64,000 nt of DNA from IMG/VR virus record IMGVR_UViG_3300025133_000024. One strand, given 5' to 3'. This DNA is from a virus. Below, piece after piece: positions 24,794 through 35,500 of the stretch. Numbering within the stretch: the stretch's first letter is position 1; each line of letters starts with the position of its first letter. Under the pieces are notes generated by a model, which had not been told where the DNA came from, did no database searches, and saw only the letters and a list, made by a program, of their open reading frames with translations. The position numbers and the translations under genes are program-made.

Positions 24794-27602
24794 GTTCATG
24801 CCTATAAGAGAAGTTAATATCAACTTTTTTGCCTGTTTTTTTGGAAGTTATTCTTAATTTAAAGTTTTTTTCCAAAATTGATTCTGATTCTAAGCCAACA
24901 ACAGGCACAGATGAGTTGTCATTTTTTATCATTGTTTGAGAAAATGTTGGCATTATCTTTAAATACTTTCCAACGTCTTTTATTTTACTTTTTTGGTTTA
25001 AAATAGGAAATTCAAACAATTTTACGTCAAGATATGTAAAACCACCATCATTTATTAATTCTACTTCATAAATAGAGGTAGGGTTAGACTTATGACCATG
25101 ATTATCAATGCTCCTAAACACATAGTAGTATTTAGTATTCGTTCTCATATCATCAAAAAATGATACAGCAGGAGCATTAACTTTCGACTTAATCACCCTC
25201 AACTTTCCTGAGAAATCATTATAAGACTTTGGAACGTCCAATATCCTTCCCACTTCAAATGATGAAACTAAATCATCATTTTTGAATTTGATTTGACCTT
25301 TTTCATCTCTTTCGTAAAATTTGTACAATTCCTCTTCACCATTCATCATAATTGGAATTTCTAAAGACTCACCAGATGAAGAACGAACATTAATTTGTAT
25401 CTTATTGTTTACTCCAACAAAAGGAACAAATTCAATTTCAGGTTGAACAGGAGGGGAATCAAGAATCCCTCCAGAAACAGAAAAATATGGTTGCTCGACC
25501 AACATAAAAGAAGGTTTGTAGTTGACTGTTAATTCTAAAATAGGTGCCCTTAGTTTTTCATTCGGGTCTATCGGCCTAGAAACTTCTCTTTCTGTAGTTT
25601 TTTGCTTTTTTTCAATGTTTGGTGTGTTTCGTGGTCTAGCAAATGGGTCTTGCTCTTTTTGAGGAATTGAAACACCAGGAAAAACTATTTCTTTTCTTTG
25701 GTCTGTTACATCAGGGGATGTTGTTATGTTCGCATAACTAACAGCATTTTTATAATCATATTCTGTTCCCAAGACAATAGTATAAACATATACATTATAG
25801 TGATAATCAGAATTGTATTTTACTTGTGAATCTAACCAAGACATTATTGAGTCTGTTGTTGAATTTGTGATATAAAAGTTTTGTATTGTTGGTGGGTTTT
25901 CTGTTTTCTTTTTTTCTATTCTAAAAAACAACTGCTCGTTATAACATTTCTCACCAAACTCAAACATTTCACTAATTGTTCTAAAATGTCTTTTTTGAAT
26001 CTCTTTTGTTTTTGCGGAAAACATCAAGAACATTAATTTCTTAAAATATTCATAGGACTCTTTATTCAGGTTTTCTATATCTGAAGGGTGGGAACCTAAG
26101 AAAGAAGCAATATTTAACTTTTTGGTGTCAAATATTTCAAGAGCATTCTTGTTCTCTAAGACTTCTTCTTGTACCTCAAATTTATTAAACAATTCAATCC
26201 ATTTTGTGATGTTCCAGGTTTTTCTTTTCTTTGTTTCCAAAAAGTTTACAAAACCACTCTCTGTCTTCACTTGTGTTTGTTCTACAAACTCTCTTCGAAC
26301 ATTGATTCCTGTATATCGATTTACATACTTTTCGAACGAACTCAATATTTCAGAATCTTTAGACTCCTCCATTTCTTCCTCTTTGAATTCTTTTTGCTTA
26401 TCTGTTTGAACCACAAAATTCAACAAGGATGCATCCAGTTTATTATCAACCAATGCCTTCAAAAATAAATTAGACCTTAAAACAAAAGCACTATCATTAG
26501 GAAATTGAACGTCAACAACAAATGGAAAGATTGCTTTTATGTCTTTCACTTCTTTTACTAAACCAGAATCATCACCAATTAACATCTGATTAGTAAATTT
26601 CTTTCCAAGTAACTCTCTATCTTCCTCAGACAAATCCAAAACGTTTTCTACATACTCATCCAAATATTGCCTCTGTTGAGAAGATAGTTTTTGAAAAATA
26701 GATGTATCAGGATAAATTTTCTTAAAATCTTTCTTTTGTAACAACCCATTCAAATTTATAAAATTATAAAAATCATTAACTGAACGATTTCTTACTCTAT
26801 TGTTTCTCTCAGACTGCCATATATTAAGACTAGGAAGGATTTTTTCATCTAACTTAGAATCCAATAATAACTTTTCATACTTTTCATGATAAAAATTATA
26901 ATCAAACTTTCCTTTTCCTACAAACTTATCATTATCAAAGAAAGTAAACTTTTCAAAGTCATCTTCGTCAAAAGGTAAAAATCCATCCCAAACAAAATCT
27001 TGATACACTTTTTTTGTATCAATCCTTCTCAAAACTCTTTTTTTGAAAGAATCCAATGTTTCATAAAAAGAATCCAATGTTTCATAAGGAGAACCTTGAA
27101 ATACTTCAATTTCTGCATCGTCTTTAGAGAAGTGGGAAGGTTTTCTATTTGTTGCAATAGGAAGACCCACAATCTTTATTTTCGCTTCTCTAGATGGCTT
27201 AAAATCAGAATTATTTTTATTTGTTTCGTCTTGGATGGTGACTTTGAATTGTTCTCTGAGTTCTAGGTTTGGATTATTGGTTTTTGCTTGTGTCCGAACA
27301 TGTTGCAATTGGTTATTTTTTGTTTCCCAAAAAAATGATGTTATTTCTCTTAGTTTGTCTTGTAGATTTGACTCATGAATGTCTGATAAAACAGAAGTCT
27401 TGATTTTGTGGTTGGCTTTTTGTTTTTTATTTGGTAGCTTTGATATAACTGGCTCAAAAGTGTCTTCACATAACAATGGGTTGTGGTGTGTGATTCCGTT
27501 TTTATCTGGGATGTTGTTTGATTTTAAAACAGGAGGGTTTGCATTCACATCCTCTTGCTTGCATCCAATCTTTGTTTTTGCTTCTTGTTTACAAATAGAC
27601 AT
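24783..27602 (-). CDS. large hypothetical virion protein
   Basis: 939 aa, K/E/N/F rich, among structural genes; possible Fn3-like strands (YYYVFRSIDNHG..SNPT). Confidence 0.65.
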   Translation of the reverse strand: MSICKQEAKTKIGCKQEDVNANPPVLKSNNIPDKNGITHHNPLLCEDTFEPVISKLPNKKQKANHKIKTSVLSDIHESNLQDKLREITSFFWETKNNQLQHVRTQAKTNNPNLELREQFKVTIQDETNKNNSDFKPSREAKIKIVGLPIATNRKPSHFSKDDAEIEVFQGSPYETLDSFYETLDSFKKRVLRRIDTKKVYQDFVWDGFLPFDEDDFEKFTFFDNDKFVGKGKFDYNFYHEKYEKLLLDSKLDEKILPSLNIWQSERNNRVRNRSVNDFYNFINLNGLLQKKDFKKIYPDTSIFQKLSSQQRQYLDEYVENVLDLSEEDRELLGKKFTNQMLIGDDSGLVKEVKDIKAIFPFVVDVQFPNDSAFVLRSNLFLKALVDNKLDASLLNFVVQTDKQKEFKEEEMEESKDSEILSSFEKYVNRYTGINVRREFVEQTQVKTESGFVNFLETKKRKTWNITKWIELFNKFEVQEEVLENKNALEIFDTKKLNIASFLGSHPSDIENLNKESYEYFKKLMFLMFSAKTKEIQKRHFRTISEMFEFGEKCYNEQLFFRIEKKKTENPPTIQNFYITNSTTDSIMSWLDSQVKYNSDYHYNVYVYTIVLGTEYDYKNAVSYANITTSPDVTDQRKEIVFPGVSIPQKEQDPFARPRNTPNIEKKQKTTEREVSRPIDPNEKLRAPILELTVNYKPSFMLVEQPYFSVSGGILDSPPVQPEIEFVPFVGVNNKIQINVRSSSGESLEIPIMMNGEEELYKFYERDEKGQIKFKNDDLVSSFEVGRILDVPKSYNDFSGKLRVIKSKVNAPAVSFFDDMRTNTKYYYVFRSIDNHGHKSNPTSIYEVELINDGGFTYLDVKLFEFPILNQKSKIKDVGKYLKIMPTFSQTMIKNDNSSVPVVGLESESILEKNFKLRITSKKTGKKVDINFSYRHEHET
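27046..27087. repeat. perfect 21-bp tandem duplication
   Basis: aaagaatccaatgtttcataa twice; in frame (YETLDSF twice). Confidence 0.9.
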
Positions 27603-27608
27603 TATATT

Positions 27609-29723
27609 TTATATAAACTCATCGATTGATAGATTTTGATTGGGGATTTTCACATCTCCTAGTAAAAAGTACCTATTTTTGATTTTAGGTTGTACAACTC
27701 CGAAATCATTCTGGATATTATACCTCATTAACAGATTTTTACTTTGTAATTCGTTAATATTTCCAACTTCTTTCCATTTTGGTCTTTTTAGCAGAACTTG
27801 ACCCTCCTCAGACATTTCATATCCAGCAAAATATACTATTTTTGCTAATGGGGGTTTCTTTTCTTCCTTTAACAACGTTTCTAGGTCTTTTATTTCTTCA
27901 AATACAACTTTTTCTTCAACTGTGTTCTCGGATTCAGAAGACAACAAAGAAAAATCAGAATCTATCTTGTTAATCACAAAATTTAAAGAAGTAGGTGGCT
28001 TTAATTCACTAAAATTTAAATTTGGAGGTTCAAGTGTCAATACTGGAGATAGAAACTCAGTCTGTAAGGGAATGTCCAATATTGGTTGAGTCTCAAGTTG
28101 CTCTAAAGAGAAATTCAACACTGATTGTTCTGGCTTAATAGACAACTCCTCAGGTAAAAAGGAAACAGAAGACTGAGAGTGGGTATAATTCTTATTTACT
28201 GAGAGGGTGAAGACAAAGGAACGTTCTTTCCCTGTTAAGTTTTCAAATTTACCTATGGTTTTGTCCAAAACGTTTTCGAAGTTCAGAAGCACTTCTTTTT
28301 CCGCTTTGATATGTTTGTTTACCTCAAGAAATTGATTTTGTATTTTACTTTTTTGTTCTGTAGATAACAATTCTATTGAATTAAAAGCATTTTGAACAGA
28401 ACTTTCAATTTCAAGGTTAGGATTTGATTGAAAGTTCGTTAAATTTCTTTTTGTTTCGTATAATTTAGTTTTGTTATCTTCTACTTTTTGCCTAGTCATA
28501 TCTTTTATATGAAATTCAAAAGAATAATGATAAAGAGATTCATGTTTTTTGTTGTTTAGGGTTTTATCAAGAAACATAAATGACTTAATATATTCATTCC
28601 CGTTTTCTAAATCAAATTTTAACTCTTGAATCTTGATTTTGTTATTTTCTTTGTCTATTTTATCACCATTTTGAAAACTTAGTGATGATAATAGAGATTT
28701 TTTTTGGTCTTTTCTTGCTCGATAAACTTTCAACTCTTCAATGTAAGACAATAACGACAATTCAGGTTTGTTCTTCATTAAATTAACGTAAACAGAATTA
28801 TCATTCATAATTCCCAACCAATCCAAGTCAAAAAATACCTGAACGGGGGATGAAACAGCGCCAAATTCATGAATGTTGAACCTAGAACTTAATATTTTCT
28901 GTTCAGGTGGCGTTAAATCAACAGAAAAGTTAAATAAATTACTCAAATCTAAAGGTTTGACTGACTTCTTCCCTAATTTCTCTTCTGAGAAGGTGATTTT
29001 TTGGGATTCAAACAAAAGTTTGCTATATGTAAACAGTTCATTATTCGATACATTATATGAACCTTGCCATACACTCCCATCAACTAATTTTCTATGTTGA
29101 TACATCTTTTCAACAACACTTCCATCTTCTTTAAAGCCGATGAGAATAGATTTTCCGTTAGAAGATGATTTTTCTTTGGTGTTGAACTCCTTATTAAACA
29201 AGTCAAAGTCAAAAAAGATAGATATTCGATATAACAAGTTCTTTGACTTTATATCTTTTGCCCTTAACTCATCCTCAGAAACAATGAAATTGTATTCACC
29301 AATATTTGGATTCTCAAAAATCTTTGTAACCTTTGTTATTTTCTTTTTATCAATTTGTTCGAAAGAAAATAACTTTGCTCTCTTAACATTATCAACATCT
29401 GATTTGTTATTGGTTTCAAGTTTTTCGATTTTTAATTTGAAATATTTGTTTATGATGTTCTTTACAAGAGAAACATCAACATCGAAATTTACGTTGATGT
29501 CAAAAGAAGCGTGAATTTCTTGGTTCAATTGTTGTGTTTTAATTTGATTCACAACAATATCTGGAAATATATCTGTTAAAACAATCTCTTGCTTATCATT
29601 GTTGTTCTTCGACGCTTTAACAACATTATTAAGGGGACCGACATTTCCTTGGTTTGTTAGGTTGCTATCAAACTTCTTAGAATCTTTTATTTGTTGTGAG
29701 AAAAAATCAAAAACTGTACTCAA
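27609..29723 (-). CDS. large hypothetical protein
   Basis: 704-aa K/N/S-rich ORF in the structural region. Confidence 0.65.
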   Translation of the reverse strand: MSTVFDFFSQQIKDSKKFDSNLTNQGNVGPLNNVVKASKNNNDKQEIVLTDIFPDIVVNQIKTQQLNQEIHASFDINVNFDVDVSLVKNIINKYFKLKIEKLETNNKSDVDNVKRAKLFSFEQIDKKKITKVTKIFENPNIGEYNFIVSEDELRAKDIKSKNLLYRISIFFDFDLFNKEFNTKEKSSSNGKSILIGFKEDGSVVEKMYQHRKLVDGSVWQGSYNVSNNELFTYSKLLFESQKITFSEEKLGKKSVKPLDLSNLFNFSVDLTPPEQKILSSRFNIHEFGAVSSPVQVFFDLDWLGIMNDNSVYVNLMKNKPELSLLSYIEELKVYRARKDQKKSLLSSLSFQNGDKIDKENNKIKIQELKFDLENGNEYIKSFMFLDKTLNNKKHESLYHYSFEFHIKDMTRQKVEDNKTKLYETKRNLTNFQSNPNLEIESSVQNAFNSIELLSTEQKSKIQNQFLEVNKHIKAEKEVLLNFENVLDKTIGKFENLTGKERSFVFTLSVNKNYTHSQSSVSFLPEELSIKPEQSVLNFSLEQLETQPILDIPLQTEFLSPVLTLEPPNLNFSELKPPTSLNFVINKIDSDFSLLSSESENTVEEKVVFEEIKDLETLLKEEKKPPLAKIVYFAGYEMSEEGQVLLKRPKWKEVGNINELQSKNLLMRYNIQNDFGVVQPKIKNRYFLLGDVKIPNQNLSIDEFI

Positions 29724-29728
29724 TTTAT

Positions 29729-29959
29729 TTAACCTTTTAAAATCCTTAGAGCTTCTTGCTTTATTGTCTCATGAATTTCATCGAACAAAGCATCCTCATA
29801 GTCGTCCTGGTGTTTTTTATAATTAATATCACGTAGTTTCTCTTCATCCTCTATTACCTTATTTATAACTCTGTGAATCTCACCAACAGCCTCTTGTGCT
29901 ATAATATTTGGTCTTTTGTTAATATCGATCAATTTAACATTCCTCAGTGTCTTCTGCAA
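29729..29959 (-). CDS. small protein with C-terminal YEDALFDEIHE tag
   Basis: 76 aa; its C-terminal motif is shared with 31393 and 31959, which supports translation. Confidence 0.65.
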   Translation of the reverse strand: MQKTLRNVKLIDINKRPNIIAQEAVGEIHRVINKVIEDEEKLRDINYKKHQDDYEDALFDEIHETIKQEALRILKG

Positions 29960-30776
29960 TCGGTATATTGTATATTGTGTTGTTTATATCAACACTGTCC
30001 ATCTCTTTCTTCTTTTTTGTTTCTATATCAAAGTAATATTCTACATCCAATGGGCCAAAAGGTTCTACATCGGATAATATACTTTCTTCATCCATTAAAA
30101 TACCATTGACAACCAATTCTTTTTTCTTATGAAAGTGCAATGGTTTTAGTATATCCCCTTCAACTTCATATAATTCAATTTCAAGGTCATCAGAGTTTAT
30201 AATATTATTTTTTTCTTCCAAAAATAGTTCTATGAAGTCTTCTTGATATACTTCATGCTTGTCAGGAACATACTCATCATCAACACAATACTCTTGAACC
30301 AAATCATCAATAGTTTTCAAGGATTCCGTTAAATTCTCTTTCTTTTCTCTTGTTTTTATATAGAGAGGGTGTAAGTTCAATTGAGGAATATTCACATCCC
30401 CATAAGAACTTGTATAGTGTGTTGCTGAGGATGATATTTCAGAACCCTCAAATTGAATATTCCAAGCAGGAAATTTATCATTTCCATCAGATGTTCCGAC
30501 AGGGTTGTTTAGGATGTACTTCGTTTGTTGTGTTATTAAACTTCCTGTTTGAACAGATACATTTCTTAAAGGAAGTTTCTTGTATATTGAGTCTTTTATT
30601 CTATCATGAATATCTTTGCTGCTTTCTTGTATACCAGTGTGATTTAAATCATATAAAATATCATTATCAAAAAAAGAATAATAATATGGTTCGAATTTTC
30701 CCTGAGAGAGTAATTCTTTTCCATGGGGTGTCAATTGAATATCAAGAACTTCCTCTTTTTTATCAAAAAATGACAT
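29934..30776 (-). CDS. virion structural protein
   Basis: N-terminus VLDIQLTPHGKELLSQGKF...FFDNDILYD resembles that of 23384..24322. Confidence 0.65.
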   Translation of the reverse strand: MSFFDKKEEVLDIQLTPHGKELLSQGKFEPYYYSFFDNDILYDLNHTGIQESSKDIHDRIKDSIYKKLPLRNVSVQTGSLITQQTKYILNNPVGTSDGNDKFPAWNIQFEGSEISSSATHYTSSYGDVNIPQLNLHPLYIKTREKKENLTESLKTIDDLVQEYCVDDEYVPDKHEVYQEDFIELFLEEKNNIINSDDLEIELYEVEGDILKPLHFHKKKELVVNGILMDEESILSDVEPFGPLDVEYYFDIETKKKKEMDSVDINNTIYNIPIAEDTEEC

Positions 30777-31393
30777 TATATATCAATCCTCTCAGATTCT
30801 ACGATAGCGATTGGGTCAAAAATTGCAATTTCCAATACTCTCTTGCCAAATTCACCTTGAGGAGGTAAAATTTCGGAAGTACCTTGGACCCCAATCTCTT
30901 TAAAAATCCGTAATGCTCCTTCTCGACCTTGACCTGATGACATTTGCCATGCATTAATTTCACCTAACACCCCATTACCGTGTCTTGTTACACTCCAACC
31001 CTTAACTCTACCTTTCCACTTGTATTTGTCTGGAATAGAGTCATACACTTCTTTTATTTTAAGACCCAAAGGTTCAGAATAATCTTTATGCCGGTCATAT
31101 ATGCTGGTCATGTTAATCTTAACCTTATATAGATACGGACTATCACCGCCATACTTACAGTATCCTTTCGCTGTGGCACAAGCCTGAGAGATTTCAACTT
31201 CTTCTTCACTCACTGCACCAGCAAAATAAATTCCCGGACCTAATACCAACCAACCTTCACCAGAGTACAAAAACGGCCCAACTTCAAAATCATCCTCAGG
31301 AATTTTTGACCCACAATGAAAAGCTGTTATTGTATTGCCAAGTGCAATCTCCTTTAACACCTCTTCTTTTATTAGTTTTCGAATTAAAAACAT
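30776..31393 (-). CDS. putative H-Y-E-class ADP-ribosyltransferase with IKEE/LKE leader
   Basis: FHCGS, SGEG...GPGIYFA, AKGY, YLYKVKI, FKEIGVQG and EIAIFDP follow the ART-PolyVal/PARP-like strand order. Confidence 0.65.
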   Translation of the reverse strand: MFLIRKLIKEEVLKEIALGNTITAFHCGSKIPEDDFEVGPFLYSGEGWLVLGPGIYFAGAVSEEEVEISQACATAKGYCKYGGDSPYLYKVKINMTSIYDRHKDYSEPLGLKIKEVYDSIPDKYKWKGRVKGWSVTRHGNGVLGEINAWQMSSGQGREGALRIFKEIGVQGTSEILPPQGEFGKRVLEIAIFDPIAIVESERIDI

Positions 31394-31962
31394 TAATCTT
31401 TCAAAACCTTTAAAATTTCTTGCTTGACTGCTTCGTGAATTTCGTCAAATAAAGCGTCTTCGTATTTATCTCTTGCAGTAGATAAAGTTTGTTCTCTTTT
31501 TTTACACATTCTCTCAATATATTCTGAAAATTCAGATTGCCATCGACGAGGATATGACATAGTGGTATTAAATTTTTCAATTTTTTCACTTAAACTTCCT
31601 TCTTCATCTTGAAATTCAAGATAAAAATAAAAATAGTTATACACCGCGACAAATGGCGAAAACAACCCTGGAACATCGTGCAATTTCCCTGTTTCAGGGT
31701 CTTTCATGAGTTTGCTTCGTAAATTTATTGCAGGGACAGTTAAACCCAAAAGTCCTCGAAGGTCATATTGTAAAATATCAGCTAACGATATTTTACCCTT
31801 TAAATGTCTCTCAAAATCACCTAAAACAGCATCCATCTCCTCGGAATATCTTCCGTTGTAATGGCAATATAATAATTTTGATAGATGGGTCAAGTTCTCT
31901 TGCAAGACCACTCCATTTGTTGTTATATGTTGATATAATTTTTGTAATTCTTTTTCAATCAT
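31393..31962 (-). CDS. hypothetical protein with C-terminal YEDALFDEIHE tag
   Basis: 189 aa. Confidence 0.7.
   Translation of the reverse strand: MIEKELQKLYQHITTNGVVLQENLTHLSKLLYCHYNGRYSEEMDAVLGDFERHLKGKISLADILQYDLRGLLGLTVPAINLRSKLMKDPETGKLHDVPGLFSPFVAVYNYFYFYLEFQDEEGSLSEKIEKFNTTMSYPRRWQSEFSEYIERMCKKREQTLSTARDKYEDALFDEIHEAVKQEILKVLKD
31429..31470. repeat. dispersed 42-bp repeat, copy A (41/42 identical to 32001..32042)
   Basis: tgcttcgtgaatttcgtcaaataaagcgtcttcgtatttatc; a diverged third copy lies at 29765..29806. Confidence 0.9.
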
Positions 31963-32561
31963 TTTTTACTTTTTAAACTCCTTAGTACTTCTTCTTTGAT
32001 TGCTTCGTGAATTTCGTCGAATAAAGCGTCTTCGTATTTATCATGATGTTTATTTAAATTTTGCTTTCTATCATCTAGGAATTTTTTACAATAATCATGG
32101 GGAAGGTTAATTTTAATTACAGACATCTTTTCATTCTGTCGAGCTTGATTAAGAAAATCCAGGCTCTCTATTAATAAAACAGAAACCCCATCTCTTTTGT
32201 CTGTAATGTTAGAAATGTATTCATCTTTTTTACCCTCTTGCAATGAAGAAAATGCGGAATAAAATTGACTTGCAGCATCTATTAATTTTCCTATAGAGTA
32301 AAAAAATACCCAATCATACTGAACATCCCAACTCCAATATTTACTGGAATCTGTCCCTATAAATTCTAAAGTTTCAATGGCATTGTCAACGTGTTTGAAA
32401 TCAGAATATATTTCCTTTTTCACTCTTTCAGGGATTTCAAGCAGCCATCTGCGGCTATTTCGGAGATAATCATATATTTCATTTAATAATTCATATGATG
32501 AATCAATTATAATCTGTTTAACTCTTTCTGGCAGTAACTCACCAAGACATTCTTTATTCAT
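31959..32561 (-). CDS. hypothetical protein with C-terminal YEDALFDEIHE tag
   Basis: 200 aa. Confidence 0.7.
   Translation of the reverse strand: MNKECLGELLPERVKQIIIDSSYELLNEIYDYLRNSRRWLLEIPERVKKEIYSDFKHVDNAIETLEFIGTDSSKYWSWDVQYDWVFFYSIGKLIDAASQFYSAFSSLQEGKKDEYISNITDKRDGVSVLLIESLDFLNQARQNEKMSVIKINLPHDYCKKFLDDRKQNLNKHHDKYEDALFDEIHEAIKEEVLRSLKSKK
32001..32042. repeat. dispersed 42-bp repeat, copy B
   Basis: tgcttcgtgaatttcgtcgaataaagcgtcttcgtatttatc. Confidence 0.9.
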
Positions 32562-32563
32562 TT

Positions 32564-35500
32564 TTATTTTCCAAAATCAATTTTTACTTTTAAATTTGCT
32601 AGCTCAACAAGAGAACAAAAATCATAAGGCCAATTGTAATTGTAATCGACTTTTCTCTTCTCTATTCTATCAGTCTTGACCTTAATATTTTCATAATCTG
32701 GAATTATATCAAAATAATTCTTTCCAGCCTTTCTCTTTACTTTAAATACCAACCATTTTAACTTTTCGGGAATTTCCATGTCCCCAAAGAATTCATCTTC
32801 ATTCATTTTATGCTCAATCTGGATTTCTTGCTCAGAAGCATTTAAAGCAATTTTTGGCATCACTCCTTGCCAAATATCTGATAGGTCTTGTTTGTCAAGT
32901 TCCGAAGAAAATTCGAAAATATAAATTATGAACGGATTAATATTATTATTATCATTAGAGAAATCCATGAACGGAGGAAAATAATATTTATCCATCCTCT
33001 TTATCATGTTGCTAACGCTAGTTTCTTTCTGAGAAACATTACTTGCTATGTTCTGCTTTGTTTGTCTAAAATGTTCTTTGTTAATGCCAATAAAGTTCCG
33101 ACCACCAACACTAACAGTTTTTTCACTCTTGTTATCAACATAAGGAATTGCAACAATTGCCTCTTTGATAACCTTTTTGCTTGCCAACTTTCCAATTCTC
33201 TTGCGCTTTGCCCCAAAACCACAAGCCTGAATTAGGGAACCTGTCAAACCAAAAGAACCCGATGCAATTTGAAGACCATATGAACCACTTTGAGGAAATG
33301 ATTCTTCCAAAGACAAATAAATCCCCTCAGAACCCGTTGGAATTGAACCATAGGTTCCCCAAATCCCTGAACTGAGAAATGCAGGTTGGTATGTAAAGCC
33401 ACTATCATCAGAATAAACATCATTGATGTGAGGTGAGCGCTGCGTTCCATTGAAGTTTAATGTTGGACATTCAAATTTGGAAGCAATGACCCAAGAATCA
33501 AAACCGGATGAGTCATCAGAGTCCAAACTATTTCCTTTTCCAAAAAGATTCACAGAAGATTCAACTCTCATGGAGTTTAATTGAGCCATTTCTAAATTAG
33601 ACTCACCACGCTGGTCAGTTGGTTGTGATGAACTAGCAACAGAAGATGCGATGATTTCGTCTACTGTGTACTTTCTTGTTTCAGTTGGAGAGAATGCTAG
33701 TCTTACTTTTGCTGCACCATAAAAATATGGTGGTGTATAAGGGGCATAAACAGGGTCTTTATAAAAAATTGCTCTAGAATCCGCATCAGAGCCAAAAACA
33801 TGTCCATCGCCCCAAGCATTAACAGGTGGGCCAAAATATCTTCCATGATATGAGCTTGATACTTCGAACTCGCTCCCCAAAGTACCGGATGGAACGCTTC
33901 CAGAGAAATAACTTCTTATCATATCAAAATTGTCCGTTTTTCTCAAGACAACATCCATATAATAAGTCTTTCCTGCCTTCATTATTGCAAATGTCTTTTC
34001 AGGTTTACTTGCAAATGTAGTTATTGTTTCATTTTCTAAAAAGAATTTGGGAACCTCCGACAAAAAGTTGTGCATAGACATTTCGAACTTATCAGATTTC
34101 TCCCCTTTCCAATAAACCCATGGGAATATAGTGTTTGCGCTTCCACTTTGTTGCAATATTTTATCTGGAGCAATGTGCATCAATCTTGAGCCAGATGGTA
34201 AGGTGTTTTTAATGTCAACAAGGGATTCGAATGGTAGGCGAAAATGATATTCACCACCCAAATTACCAAAAGATGACGACAACAGATATTCTTGCCAATC
34301 TTCTTGTACACCAGTTAAATCAAGACCACTTGCTGTCAAATATTGACTAGCAAATCCAGATGCATTATCGTCTGAACCTGTTATCATTGGCCAATCAACA
34401 GCAATACCAGATTTAATTGTATTAAAGACAATTCCAGGTGCAAAATAAGGTTGTAGAAGGGACTGCAAGCCTAATCCAGGCTTTGTATCATACAAAGAGC
34501 CTGAAATGTATGGGCCCAAAGATTGTGAAAATATTGCTCCGAGTTGTGTTGTTCTTGTTGTAGGATAAAAACCATTATAAGGAAGAAGCTTCTTCACTCC
34601 TTTACAGACTAATTTTATCTTTTTTGTTTTCCCAAAATCTCTTCTAAAAGTTTCAAAATGCTCCATGAAGTCGGAGTTTGTGTGTCTTTCGAAGAAATCG
34701 TTTATATACCCATCCCCAGGAGAAGCTGAGCTTTCACTCAAAATCCCACCTTTAACTTTCAAAAATGCATTGTTTTTTGAATTAAAACCTTTGTTTTCGT
34801 CAATATAGTAATCCATATAATCTGATATATTAAATTCAGACAAAACAGAATATTCTTTGTTGTATTTTATGTCTGAGGCATAATCTTCATACGAGTCAAA
34901 CCAAGGACTTTTACTTGATAGAGCAGGAACATCATAAGGATAGTTCATTTCTGTGAACTTGCCAATATTTGGCATATAAACAAACTGCAATGATGCTGTA
35001 ATATTATCATAATACGTTGAATCAATTGCATCATCTGTTGCTGTTCCACTCAAATAAGATTGTCCAGAACCATACATACCAATTTCGTTTGGAGAAACGT
35101 ATGAGATGAAACTTGATGTTGTTATAAAGGCAGATGGGTTTAATTCACCATGAGCAGAACCAGAATTAATCTTATTAACCGATAATAACCAAGGAGGAGA
35201 GTTTAGAACATCTTCACGGGCATGGTAAACATATTCATTGTCTAATGGGTGAACACTACGGCCATGTCTATATTCAACAGCGTTTTTAAAGGGAGTTGAG
35301 GAGGATATGGAGCTTCTAAATTTGTTTTTTTGCCAAAATGTTCTTCGTTCATCAATTCTTCTATCATATCCACTAACACCAAGGCCGCTTTCCTCAACAT
35401 ACCCTAATCTTGCTCTTGTTCCAGACAAAGATGTGTATTGACTTTGAGGAAACACCTGTTCACTATAACAATGATACAAAAGATTGTCATTCGCATTAAC

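Noticed and set aside
29765-32042. Diversity-generating retroelement TR/VR pair
   Set aside because: No reverse transcriptase is present in the window, all copies are coding, and the mismatches are mostly synonymous rather than adenine-specific.
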